Shown here piece after piece: positions 24,070 through 35,664 of a stretch of DNA of 64,000 bases (the stretch's first letter is position 1; the number at the start of each line of letters is the position of its first letter). The notes under the pieces were generated by a model, which searched no databases, was not told where the DNA came from, and saw nothing but the letters and a program-made list of their open reading frames with translations. The stretch comes from Macrostomum lignano (Eukaryota), in the NCBI GenBank assembly GCA_002269645.1, contig NIVC01002221.1:1-64000 (forward strand), read 5' to 3'. The translations under genes and the position numbers were made by a program.

Positions 24070-24070
24070 A

Positions 24071-24514
24071 ATGACCATGACGTGGGATGATTTTAAACAA
24101 CGATATGGAACAGACACAACAAGCAATATCGAATTAACAAATTGGGCGAGGCAGTTAAAAATAAAACCATTTAGATGTGTTATGCGAGATGAGATCAAAG
24201 ACTTACCACAATATGGATCTTACATTGTTAATATTGAAACAACAAAAGAAAATGGTGTTCATTGGTCAGCAGTTTATTCAAAACCAAAACTTGTTTATTT
24301 TTTTGATTCATACGCGCTTCCTCCGTTACAGGAAATAAAAGACAAATTTAATCATACTAAAAATCGTTTATGTGGAGATCATCACGAACAGTTTCAAACC
24401 TTTGATAAAAGTTATTGCGGACAAGCAGCGTTATATTTTTTATATCGACTTTCGAATGAAGCTCGTGTAAACCACAAAGTATTTAAGACTATCATGCAAA
24501 GCATGCGAACCTAA
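24071..24514 (+). CDS. Adenain-like cysteine maturation protease
   Basis: Catalytic motifs in order: GVHW (His), FFDSY (Asp), QFQ (oxyanion Gln), YCGQ (Cys). Confidence 0.92.
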   Translation: MTMTWDDFKQRYGTDTTSNIELTNWARQLKIKPFRCVMRDEIKDLPQYGSYIVNIETTKENGVHWSAVYSKPKLVYFFDSYALPPLQEIKDKFNHTKNRLCGDHHEQFQTFDKSYCGQAALYFLYRLSNEARVNHKVFKTIMQSMRT

Positions 24515-24551
24515 GGTTCGATTTTAGACTCTATAAAATAGACAGTAAAAA

Positions 24552-26419
24552 ATGATATTTTCTGGAACACCCTCATGGAACGGAACAACAAGTACTGGTG
24601 GTGGTACTCTGGTGGAATAAGTGTTACCTTCGGAGATAATCGATATATTAATGAAGATGAAGGTTATAAAAAAAGTGAAGTTGATACTAAACTAAATTTG
24701 AAACGGAATGTTGCAGATTCCTATACCAAAACTGAAATCGATACTTCATTAAATCTTAAAAGAGATATTAGCGATTCATATACAAAATCAGAGGTTGACA
24801 CTGGGTTAAATTTAAAAAGAGATATAACTGATTCTTATTCTCGAACTGATTCTGATTCGCGTTATGTTCAAGCCACCGCAACCGGAACTTTAGATATGGA
24901 TAACAATCGAATTATAAATGTTGCAATTACAACGAATAACTCGGTAGTTGATAAGAACTATGTCGATAATCAGGTTGGTAGTCGTAACGGCAATATCAAT
25001 ATGAATAATTTTAAATTAACAAATTTATTATTTGGAACAGAGGCCACAGACTCGGTCAATTTAGGGCAGGTCAACGCTCGAGCTAATGTAACCGACGCCG
25101 ATATTTTTGCCACGCCGCTTACATCAAATACTTCAAATCCAGATGTTGTTCTTACAGCATCCGAAAATACCAACGATGCTTTTCGAGTTGGAGATGGAAG
25201 CCTTGCGACACAATGGTCACCAAATACCGGAACCACAACCAATATGGAAATTCAATTTGAATTTTTAGGTTATAATCGAAGAATAAATGAATTAAGAATT
25301 ACAGGCAGCGCAACTATTGATATTCCATCGGGATGGTCGGTTCGTGCAAAAAATGTTGCTACCGATGCATGGACGGTATTACGAACGTCGGGATCACCAA
25401 TTCAAGCAACTTCATTTGCGTTAACTAATTTAACGGTTAATTTTTGGAAATATTATAGCGTTTTATTCCCAACTGGTGGCACCGCTACACAACCTATCGA
25501 GGTTCGTCTAATACAATTATTTGAACACCGAGTTGAAATTCAAGATCTTAATTGGCCAAATGAAATACTATCTGCTACCCCGCGAGCGTACGTAGATCAG
25601 GTAGCAACTCCAACTTCAAATGGTAGAATGTCTGCCGGTGATAAAAATAAATTGGATAATATTCCCGCGATTGATGCCGCATTATTCGAGCCAGTAATTT
25701 GTAATTGGACTGGATATCAAAATCCAACAACCGCTGGAGATATATATCCAGTTGGTTCTTTAATTGGCGACGCTTCTTATATCGATTATCAAAATGGAGC
25801 TAGAATTACTCGTGAAACTGGTGGAGTAAGTGGGGCATTACAATTCAATTTCACACATTTTCAAAATATATCTGCGTCTTTCTATTTCCGAGTCGCTAAT
25901 TCTACAGGAGATGGTGCAGATGCGGTTTGGTTTTATGCATATTGTCACGAACGCCCAACAAGTGAAGGTGGGACTGGATTAACAACCGACGCCGGATTGA
26001 TAGTTTTTGCAAGTGAGTGGCATGATAAATTTGGCGTTGTATGGAGTAATAAAAAATCAGACGGATCAAGCCGCGCGGATGTTAATACTGACGCAGATCA
26101 AACGGTAGATTATGCAAATATTGATAACGGCGATTGGCATTTATTTGAAATTAATATTTTAAATCAAAGGGTTTGGTACATTACAGTCATACAATGTTGC
26201 TGGTGATTCTTTACCCTCATTGGACAGAACGTTTTCACATATGATAGTGGAACTTGGGGAACTTTAGATAAATCTGGAACCCTTATGGGTTTTGGTGCTC
26301 GAACTGGAGGATCGGATGCTGCACATTTTATTCGTGGCGCAGCCGTTTGTGGTAGCACATCGTTTGGTTATGTTTTTCCTTCTACCGCTTATTTAGAAAA
26401 ACCACCCGTACAAATCTAA
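24552..26419 (+). CDS. Fibre / receptor-binding protein; frameshifts near both ends
   Basis: Three LNLKR(N/D)..DSY.K.E.DT repeats, DMDNNRIINV and NMNNFKLTNL..DSVNLGQV fibre motifs, a discoidin-like ASEN...AF..GDG..ATQW segment, and a lectin-like C-terminus (FYFRV...GADAVWFY; shifted frame GFGARTGG..H) ending at TAA 26419. Confidence 0.7.
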
Positions 26420-26434
26420 ATATTTATATATAAA

Positions 26435-27333
26435 ATGGCTTTTAGTAGAACTCCATCGATGCGGCAAAATAATGTTATTATTCCTATTCCTAAACAAGAA
26501 TCAAATATAAAAACATTCAAATCTCATACCAAATTTTTATTTAGTACTGTAAATGTTCAGGATAACAAGAAGCTTCAAGAATTAATTAAGTTATTAAAAA
26601 ATCATATTATACTTCAAGAGTTTTGGAAAATAGGATTTAAATGGGAGAAAAAAGAAAGAATCACTCCAATACAATACCTATTGAGCTCGGGACAAATACC
26701 CAAAGAGCGCGGGGAATTCATTTTGGTGCTATTAAAAATAGACGAAATGTCGGTGTCTGAAGCAGATAAAAGGGAACGTGACATTTTAACCAACGTAAGG
26801 TCACATGTTAGTAATGTTGATCGAATAAATTATGATTATGATTTATATACTAAAAAAGTAAGAAGAATTTCAAATCATATCAGAAATATGGACTTTTTCA
26901 ATATTGGATTTGGAAGCTTATCATGTTATGTGTAATCGTTTTAGGTATTTTACAATCTATTCCAACTCTTAATTTATCTCAATTATTTTTAGGTATTTCA
27001 ATTGGCTCAATATCAGGTTTTGAATTGATCAGGAACTTATCAATACTTTTAGCAATTAAATTATATCTTAAAAAAAGAAAGGAAAAATATAAATCTTTAA
27101 GAGATGTTGCCAAGCAATATAAAAATCAATTATATTTATATGTGCAAAAAATATTGGATGACGGAGAGATAACGATTCATGAATTATCAACCGCGGTTGA
27201 GTTATATGAAAAATATTTAAAAGATAGAAATAGAATTTTAGATGTTGAAACTTTTACCGATATGGAATTAAAAGAATTGTTTGGACAAACCCAAAGCTCC
27301 ACCGATAGAAACATTAGGTATTTACGAACCTGA
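26435..27333 (+). CDS. Polinton membrane-associated protein(s): ORFs 26435-26935 and 26923-27333, possibly one frameshifted gene
   Basis: Hydrophobic helices (VIVLGILQSI...LFLGISIGSISGF...LSILLAIKLY) followed by KY...A...KILDDGEIT..E....E.YEKY, a pattern typical of a conserved Polinton/adintovirus membrane protein family. Family assignment is from memory. Confidence 0.55.
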
Positions 27334-27362
27334 AACTATTGCTACTGGCACAAAGCCCGCGG

Positions 27363-27875
27363 TCAGGAAGTGCTGTAGAACTTAATGTTGTTTAATTTAT
27401 TTAATGCATATGTTATATATTCTTCCCAAAGTGGTAACTCTCTTCTGATCCTAGGTTTAAATTTTTTATCAATACATAAAAATTCCAATGACTTTTTCAG
27501 TAACATTTCGTTAGGTATGTTACCTATCCTTATAAACTTTGTATTCTCTCGAATAAGAAAATTGAAATAATATCCAACTAAAATTAAAATCCTTTCGGAG
27601 TCTTTCGAACTTAATCCCTTTCCTTTATTTAAATGGAAAAAGTTATTATATAAATAAACATTATTTCCGGGAATTAAAATTGGATCAGAAATGTCTCTTG
27701 TAAGATTTCTTAAAATTGTGTTTTTAAAATAGTAATATGAGTTTTCAATCTTTTTTGTTTTTTCAAATTGATATATTTTAGAACATGAATAACACATATG
27801 ATATATATCTCCGTTTGCTGTTTGCCCTCTGTGCATAGTCACATTACATTTATTACAAACATAAATGTCTTTCAT
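27363..27875 (-). CDS. Hypothetical protein with N-terminal zinc ribbon (CNKC...CYSC)
   Basis: 170-aa ORF with AAAAAATG start, convergent with the preceding gene. Confidence 0.6.
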   Translation of the reverse strand: MKDIYVCNKCNVTMHRGQTANGDIYHMCYSCSKIYQFEKTKKIENSYYYFKNTILRNLTRDISDPILIPGNNVYLYNNFFHLNKGKGLSSKDSERILILVGYYFNFLIRENTKFIRIGNIPNEMLLKKSLEFLCIDKKFKPRIRRELPLWEEYITYALNKLNNIKFYSTS

Positions 27876-27901
27876 TTTTTTGTTATTTTTTTAGATTAAA
27901 A

Positions 27902-28230
27902 ATGGAGAGCTGGTTCAAAACCGATTCTAATGTGATTAATTATCTCACACCCAATATGTTGGAGAATAAAGAATATAATATTGTATGTTTGAGACAGGTT
28001 AAATTTATTGGCTTCAATCAATATTTTTACAATTAGATGGGCAAAAAATTTTATGTCTAAGCGGAGATGATGTTAAAAATTTTCCTGTTTTAGTTATTAA
28101 TAAACCTAAAGCGTTTGTTATGAAATACAGCAACGAGGGTGGATTGCAATTTAAACTAAAACAAAAAAATAAAAAGAGTGACAGGACTGTAAAATTGGCT
28201 TCGGTTTGGGAGGATGACGACGAAGACTAA
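27902..28230 (+). CDS. Small hypothetical protein with acidic tail (frameshifted)
   Basis: Starts MESWFKTDSNVINYL at an AAAATG and ends ...SVWEDDDED-stop; the frame is broken in the middle. Confidence 0.45.
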
Positions 28231-28245
28231 ATTTTTTATAAGAAA

Positions 28246-28581
28246 ATGGATACGATAAAAATCCTTATCACTAAAGAGCGTGAACTTAATGATATTAATA
28301 AAAAAATAAATATAATTATATCTCAGAAATATCATGAGTATGGGGACGATATGTTTCCCATCCGATATGAGATAGATAAAAGAAAACGTTTTTTAAGACA
28401 AGATATTGTTTATGCTGAAATAGTAATTGAAATTGAAATAGATAGATTGGTTAGAAAAATAAAAAAACTTAGGAAAAAAATAAAGGATTGTTTAAGTTAC
28501 CCTGACGACTGCGAGGAAAATTGGCCTTCAATATTATATGAAATCGAAATGGATTTATGCTTAAACAATTACATGCTTTAG
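28246..28581 (+). CDS. Hypothetical coiled-coil protein, 111 aa
   Basis: ORF with AAAATG start; no domain recognised. Confidence 0.55.
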   Translation: MDTIKILITKERELNDINKKINIIISQKYHEYGDDMFPIRYEIDKRKRFLRQDIVYAEIVIEIEIDRLVRKIKKLRKKIKDCLSYPDDCEENWPSILYEIEMDLCLNNYML

Positions 28582-28609
28582 TTTTTTTCCGCCCGAAGGG
28601 TCGCGGATT

Positions 28610-31600
28610 TTATCCGATAAGTAATTTTTCTGTTAATCTCTTCCAGTTATTCAAGACTTTTTCCTTATTTAATTTTTTAAGTTCTTTTGGAAATGTTGAA
28701 TAATAATTATCTATATCTTTTTCATATTCTAGAAATGTATTATATTCACAATCACATTCGGATTCACAATCACAATCGTAATAATAATTATTTATTGCCG
28801 CTTTGTATTCATTATATTTACTTATTATATCTTCTTTTTGTTTTTTATCTTTTATCATATTTTTTATCTCTTCTTTTAAACCATATGGATATGTTTTAAT
28901 TTTATCATCTAAATATCTTTTATCATCAAATGGACTTAATGTTTTTTTATCTGTCTCGATGACAAACATCTGATGCTTATCTGAATTTAATCGATATTGT
29001 GGAGCATGATAATTTTCAATTGTATTAAGGTAATCTAAAAGTACGTTTTTATAATCATCAAATGTTATCTTTTTACTGCTGCCTTGATACCCCTTTTATT
29101 TTTTTTACCTCTCCCTCCTGTCCTAAAACTTTAAATGCATAGCATTTTGATCTTATTGCTATAAACTCGGTTATGATTTTGCTATTTAATTCATCTTTCA
29201 TTTTAAGTACAACTTTTTATTTTGATTCGATTTTAAGGATGGTTATCCGGATAGTCGATGTGTCCAATGTATCCTTAATTTTTTCCATATCTTTATAGAC
29301 TTCTGGTGTTTCAACCTTAAATACCAAACTGTCGGTGTCTGCATATATTGGATAGTTATCTGGCCATGTTTTATTTATAACATCATAATAATATTCATAC
29401 ATTACCAGCTTTGCATAATCTAAAACAACCATTCCAATAAATATTGGTTTAAGAAATTTTGTTGTTTTATTTCTCATATGAATACCCATAAAGTTATCAT
29501 CAAATTTTATAAAATCTTTAAAGTTAGGTTTTGAGAAATATTTCTTTGCTTTATCAATATCCTTTTCTAAATGGAATTGGGTTCTATCTCTAATATTTTC
29601 AACCGTTTTTCCATAAAAAGCATTATTCATTAATTTCCAATAATCTTTCTCAAAATTTGTTTTTGACATCTGTCTCTGATTTGAATTAAAGTCAATATAT
29701 TTAGCTAACCAATCTTCCTCAATAAACGATATTGTTCGATGTACTTTAGACACTTTTAATCCCTGCTTTTCATAAAATTGTAGAAGCTTATAATGCACTA
29801 CATAGTTTTTCTTATCATGTAAATTTAATATTAATTTTTTTGTTGCTAGATGTTTTGCATTATCTACTTTAAGATAATCTTTTTGTGTTTGTGATAAATC
29901 ATCTTCATTAACTGAACAATGCTCTGGAGCTAAAGGATATTTATATGTTTTTGCTTTTGCTTCCCGAGTATATTGCAAATCCACTTCTACGATACAGCCC
30001 CTTCCTTCGGGAATATTTTTGTAATAATCGGGGTCATCTTCCCATTGGAAATCAGCTATTGGTAATTTTTGTTTCATACAACCACCGTATAAATTGTTTG
30101 CATCTAGATATAATACATATGATGATTTTTCTTTTTTATTATAATTTGGTAGATATTTATTATTTACTTTAGTATATCTATCTCCTAGTACCCCGAGAAT
30201 CCGCCGCGAATTCCTCTCTCAATCATTAACAACATATCATGATCAGTTAGTAAATCAATCTCAACATCTGTGTATTTCAAACCGCAAGCCCATGTTAATC
30301 CGGTGCACTGAAACAATATGCGGGATCAATTTTAAAATTCTCATATGTATGATTCCTAAAGTTTTCAAATGCATCAGCTAATAGGAGAACATCTGCTTTA
30401 AGATATAGATTATGATAATCTTTAAATGTTTTACAATTAAAATATTTCCATACTTTTTGAGCGTGTTCATAATCCGATTCACTTATATTTGTTTGTGATA
30501 ATGTTGAATAAAACTTTTCTATGGGGGTAATTCGGTATGAAAAAATACGTCTTCAGATGTTACATATTCATATGGATAGATGCCCTTACGAGTTAATAGC
30601 ATTAGTTCTTCCTCGGATAGTTTTTCCTTTTTGAAACGATTCAATAGTATTGGAAAGTTTTTCTTTACTATTTCTAAATCCCATGGTTTTGGAACTAATG
30701 ATGAAACAACATTTGCTAAAGATGTTGATAAGAATCTCAAGGAATCTAGAAAAACTAGATGGGAGTATTTCTTACCATATGTTATTGATATGTAATTTTC
30801 TGATGTTTTAGGTAATATATTTATTTCATATTCATCCTTTCCTAAATGAAGCAATTCTCGAACTAGGAAATGAAAATCATATCCGGAACCATTATGAAAA
30901 AATACTGGTATTTCCTTACATCCTTTTCCTTCTTTTGCGTTACATGATCTACATGCTGCCCCTCGATAAATTCCTGTTAGATGACAATGTTCTCGTATCT
31001 TATTTTTCTTACTTAAATATCTTTTGCACATAAACAATTTGTTGCATTTTTATAATTGTCTCTATCCTTATCTGTCATAAATATTTTTTGATAATTTATC
31101 ATATTGATTTTGAATATATTCAAATACATTTACTAATGATTCTGCCATGTGCTTAGCTGCATCTTACCGTGGTAAGTAATCATCCTTGATTTAAATATAT
31201 GATCGCTACGGAGTGTACATATATACAATAACTATTAGGAAACTGTTGTGCTAATTTTTTTGTGCATTCACCATCAGATACTGTCTGTGATTCTTTTAAG
31301 GGAACATTTGTTGCTTCAAAATCAGCATATATTACTATTGGTTTTTTAATTGCCATATAATGTTGTTGGAACATTAGGGTTGCATCTTCAGATGCTGGCA
31401 TTACAGCATTAGTAAATTTGTGATCTAAACAAAATCGTTGATGATTTTTAAGAGCTGTTTCATCCTTTTTAAATGTGAAACAATTTCTACATAGTGGATA
31501 TCTATTTCTATTTTCTCTTAAAAAGAACTAATGTCCTTTATGTATATATAATGTGTTTCATTTTCACGCTGCATGTACAAAAGGTCGATTTGATCTGGTG

Positions 31601-32498
31601 CTGTTATATCTGTTGCTGGCTTAACAAGATAACACCTTTTCTTATACCATTCTGGATTGGTTGAAATTTCTTCTAGATCTTTTGGTTCTTCAATTGTAAA
31701 CACATTAATATTTAAACCATTCATTTTTTCAATCTTATATATATCATCTATTGCTACTGGGTATGATATGTTTTTCATTATTATTTCATCTCATATTGTT
31801 ATAATTATATATTTTATTAGTGTGTGATTCTACTTGATTGTGATATTTATGAATTAATAAACACCATAATAAACATTTATTATCTTTATTGTTGGATTTA
31901 TAATCATTGGTGATTTAAATTTGAGCTTCATATGTGATCGTCCTTTAAGAATTTCTATGGGTGCAATCTTTACTATTGCTGAATTACAGGATACAAATAT
32001 AAACCCGGATCCGTTTTCTGTCATCTTATCTATCCATTCATCAAACTCAGCTTCTATTTGATTAAATTGATTATTGTAATTTCCCATTGATAGTAGTGTT
32101 TTATATGATTCTTGTGAAAAGTTATTTATTACTTCAATTTCTGAATTTGCATTAAGAATATTTGGTTTTTTAAATTCTGTTTCAACTTCTATTTTATACT
32201 TAATTGGCTGTCGTTTGTTATTTGGCCTTATAGTATAATTGTTTAATATGGTCTTTAATTTATCTTTCATTTGTTTAAAATATTCTTTATAATTTGTATT
32301 TATATCTATATCTATATATTACTTCAGCTCCATTTTGTCCTTGTGGTTGGGGTTATCAATATCATTTAATTGTCTTTCTAAACGTATCTCATTTTCTGCC
32401 CTAACTCTAGCTTCTATATTAGCTCTTTCTAATTCCAATTGAGCTATTAATTGCGCTCTAAGTTCAGGGTTGTCGATTTGAGCTAAAATTGCTTCCAT
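28610..32498 (-). CDS. polB: Protein-primed family B DNA polymerase (pPolB), split into several ORFs by frameshifts
   Basis: ExoI IYADFEA; REHCHLTGIYRGAACRSCN zinc/endonuclease VII-like insert; ExoII FHNGSGYDFHF; FLDSLRFL; RKGIYPYEY; ExoIII YHNLYLKADVLLLAD; motif A YLDANNLYG; motif B KLMNNAFYGKT; motif C YADTDSL; C-terminal LSPFDDKRY. Confidence 0.95.
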
Positions 32499-32582
32499 TT
32501 TATAGAATAAAATTTATATAATGTTTGAATTATTGATTTTTTAATTTTGTGTTTTTGGTGTCCAGACCCTCCCCCCAGGAGC

Positions 32583-33541
32583 CTATTCGAGATCTGCTTT
32601 TGGTAATAGCAATCCGTTTCCCATAACGTTTGAATTTAAGAAAATTCCTGAACCTGCTTTTGGTCGCATTTCGAGATATAATCCGCTTCCATCATGTTTT
32701 TCAATGATGTTAAAATCTTTTCCTAACTTATTAAAAATTTTCTGAACAGCTGGTCTAAAATTGGATCCAATATTGTCAAAAAATCCTTTAGCTTTCTCAC
32801 CCGTTTTTTCTAAAGTTTGGCCAAATTCGTGTAGTTTATCTGCGACAACTCCACTTCCTTGGGTCGTTCCTTTTAAAATTAAACCTTTTCCAGCTGCTAA
32901 TTTAGCTTCTGCATTTCTTTTTTGCTCTGCTGTTGCTGAACTACTATTAATGGTATCTATAAGTTTTTGTTTGAATTGTGCGTCCTGTGTTATTTGCTGT
33001 CTTTGAAATTCGGCCTCTCTTTTGGCTTTTTCATCCGCGGCTTTTTTGTCATTTACTGCTTTTGCAATTCCAGCCGCTCCTCCAGCGACTCCTCCAGCTG
33101 CTCCAATTCCTGCAAAAATTATTGGGAGCAAAGTTGCGAGGGTAATATACCCCCTTCTTTTGCTTTTAATTCTCCTAACTGTTTTATGTTATCATGAATT
33201 CTTTTTCCTGCTAAACCAGCTGCTCCAGCTGCCCCAAGTCCTAAAAGAATTGGTAAAATGGGTAACAACCCGCCGTCCTTTTTAGTGTGAGTCTCCAATA
33301 AAAATTTTACATCGGAGTCTGTCAGCCTATAATTTCTACCATGATTCTTAAAGGATATTGGTCTTCCTTCTTGTGCATATTTCGCAGCAAGTTTAAATGT
33401 ATTGATGTCGTAGTCAAATTTTTTGCCTAAGCGATCCAATCTTTTTAACATTGCGTGACTATGTTTATTATCGTCTAGATTTAAAGTATCTACAATTTCT
33501 CCTATAAAATATAGCCGTTTTTCGTCATTAACTGAGTCCAT
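32583..33541 (-). CDS. Virion core protein precursor with adenovirus pX(mu)-like GG-LP hydrophobic motifs (one gene, 1-nt frameshift near 33140)
   Basis: KDGGLLPILPILLGLGAAG and KEGGILP..LLPIIFAGIGAAGGVAGGAAGIAKAV, plus repeated GKGL / GSGV / GSGL / GSGI / GNGL candidate protease sites. Confidence 0.7.
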
Positions 33542-33551
33542 TTTTATATTG

Positions 33552-33962
33552 TTAAAATTTCTTTAATCCTTTTCCGCCTTTAATTGTGGTTAACATTTTA
33601 TTAAAATCCTGAATATCTTTATTACTTATTGGTGTGCTTTTCGTGGGGGTTTCTGTTGGTTGTGCGGCTTGAGTTGTTTCCTGCGCTAGTTTCAAATCTT
33701 TTATTGCTTTTATTTGTGAGAGGGTGTCGTTAAATTCTCTCAATTTCTTTAGTTCTTCTACTGCCCTCGCTGCTTCGATTCCGCCCTTTACAGCGTTTGT
33801 TATAGAACCTGCTGCAGAGCCTGCTTGGCCTATAAGACCCATATTGTCTTTAACGAAATTCGCTGCTGTACCAACCACATCAAAAAGACCCTCACCTCGG
33901 TATTCAACTGGGTCTCCTACCTGCAATTCGTTCAGATTTTGCATATGTGTAACGTGTGTCAT
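33552..33962 (-). CDS. Putative virion protein with a GEGL-amphipathic helix N-terminus (pVI-like)
   Basis: RGEGLFDVVGTAANFVKDNMGLIG, then a coiled coil and a C-terminal KGGKGLKKF. Confidence 0.55.
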   Translation of the reverse strand: MTHVTHMQNLNELQVGDPVEYRGEGLFDVVGTAANFVKDNMGLIGQAGSAAGSITNAVKGGIEAARAVEELKKLREFNDTLSQIKAIKDLKLAQETTQAAQPTETPTKSTPISNKDIQDFNKMLTTIKGGKGLKKF

Positions 33963-34405
33963 TTTTTGTTCTATTTTTAGTAACAGAAAAATTAAGTTGC
34001 AGACACTAAAGAAAAGGGTAGTGTGCAAGCATCTCGAGCGGTTTTATTTTATAGCTCTTTTTTACTCTTTTTTGTATAGAAAATAAAGAAGACGCAAACA
34101 CAAAAGATTCTCTATCCAAAAATGAACCTATGGTTCGCGGGCTGTGCCCGATGGCACAAATGGCCTGCTCCGCTGGAGCACAATGGACGCTTTTTATTCG
34201 ATGAATGGCCATTTTTCTCTCTGTCCTCGGTGCATTGTGTCTATAACAGCACATGAATTTTTCTCATAGCTTAGAAAAAATCATGTATACACTAAAAGAG
34301 TTTGGTGCACACACACACATGATTTTTTCTAAGCTGTGAGAAAAATTCATGTATACACTAAAAAGATTGTCAGTTTAATAGTTATGGAAATAGCACGCAA
34401 ATTAT

Positions 34406-35293
34406 TTACTTCTTAACCCATTTTCCTCCTTCGAACATCTCTCGGACTTCGGCGGCGCTCTCAGCTTTGTCTTCCGCGTCAGGATCTTCGTTGAAAGCTA
34501 CAATATAAAATCAAGCTTTAAAAAATATGAACTTACTTACATTACCACAATAGTGAAGCAATCACTTACTGTCTTCATACCACTGGTGAACTTGCTTTTC
34601 TTCAGGACTGCCATCTTTCAAAACCAAAGCAACTGTCTCGTGTTGCATCTTGAGAAGTTCCTTAAACCTGGCATCGTTGTTTGCCTTCTTGCAAATCGCA
34701 GCACTATAATTAATTACTATGCCCATTGAATAGGTAGAAAAAATTAAACCCGGGTATTCAAGGCAGAGTTGATAGTATTTGTTATAATCCTCAACCTTCC
34801 GGCTGGTTATGTTGAATGAGTCGGCCAGCTCTCGCTCTGTCATTCGATACTTCGTGCTTAAATAGTAGATAAGTCTACCCTGCTCAAATTGCATCATTGC
34901 CTTAGCAATCGATAGAGCTTCAATAGATGACTTTATTTTCTTAAATCTTTCAATCAAATCATGTTTGGTCGTACCTTCAAGCTTGAGACCAACGTGGGAT
35001 AGGCCTTGTGTAATCGCTTCCACGCACACACTAACTCCTCTATCTTCGTTCTCCTCTAACTTCTGATAGATTGTCTCTAGCACATTCTCCACATAACCTT
35101 TCTCTTTCCTCTTTTGGGTGGTCGGCTTCTTTTCACTCACCCCATCCAACTTTTCTAAACTATCATGTAAGGCCTCCAATTCCTTCTCCGAGAAGTCTTT
35201 AAGTCGGCAACCAATTAATGACTTATCCTTCCTTGATAAATTCGTAGCAATCTCGACAATAGATGATATCCTTGCTTCTTTCGATGATGCCAT
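34406..35293 (-). CDS. Helix-turn-helix-like protein with a 72-nt spliceosomal intron (34569-34498)
   Basis: 243-aa ORF containing MTERELADSFNITSRKVEDY. Donor GTAAGT at 34569 and acceptor TTTTATATTGTAG at 34498 join in phase 1 to give ...ED-TFNEDPDAEDKAESAAEVREMFEGGKWVKK-stop (34406). Confidence 0.65.
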
Positions 35294-35664
35294 GATAATA
35301 CGTTTGTTAGTTCTTGTAAAAGACAGATATTAGGAGTTGTGCATAAATAAGAGACTATTTGCTGTGGCTAGTTTTTTAGATTTCATCATTCTTATACACA
35401 CAATTAAAGCTTGGGGTGGAGTGCTGAAAATAATAAAAGCGCTTTTCATGAGTAAGCAACTCACCTTCCTGTTGTAGCCAGTTTGAGTCTGAGGTTTGCG
35501 CTTCGGTAAATGATGAGTATAATAGAAACCCCGAATTCCCGCGTTAGTCATTATACTGTCTGCGACCCTTTGGGGTGATCATGCAAAGTTTTTCTTTTTG
35601 TGAGCTGCTTTAAGATAGTTAAACACTGTTCCTTTTCTATGACTCAGTTTGGGTCAGACTGTGC

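Noticed and set aside
19253-35333. Short antisense ORFs overlapping Polinton genes (for example 19253-19474, 24970-25242, 29945-30172, 32761-33285, 35118-35333)
   Set aside because: Shadow ORFs opposite well-supported genes, with no motifs or AAAATG start context.
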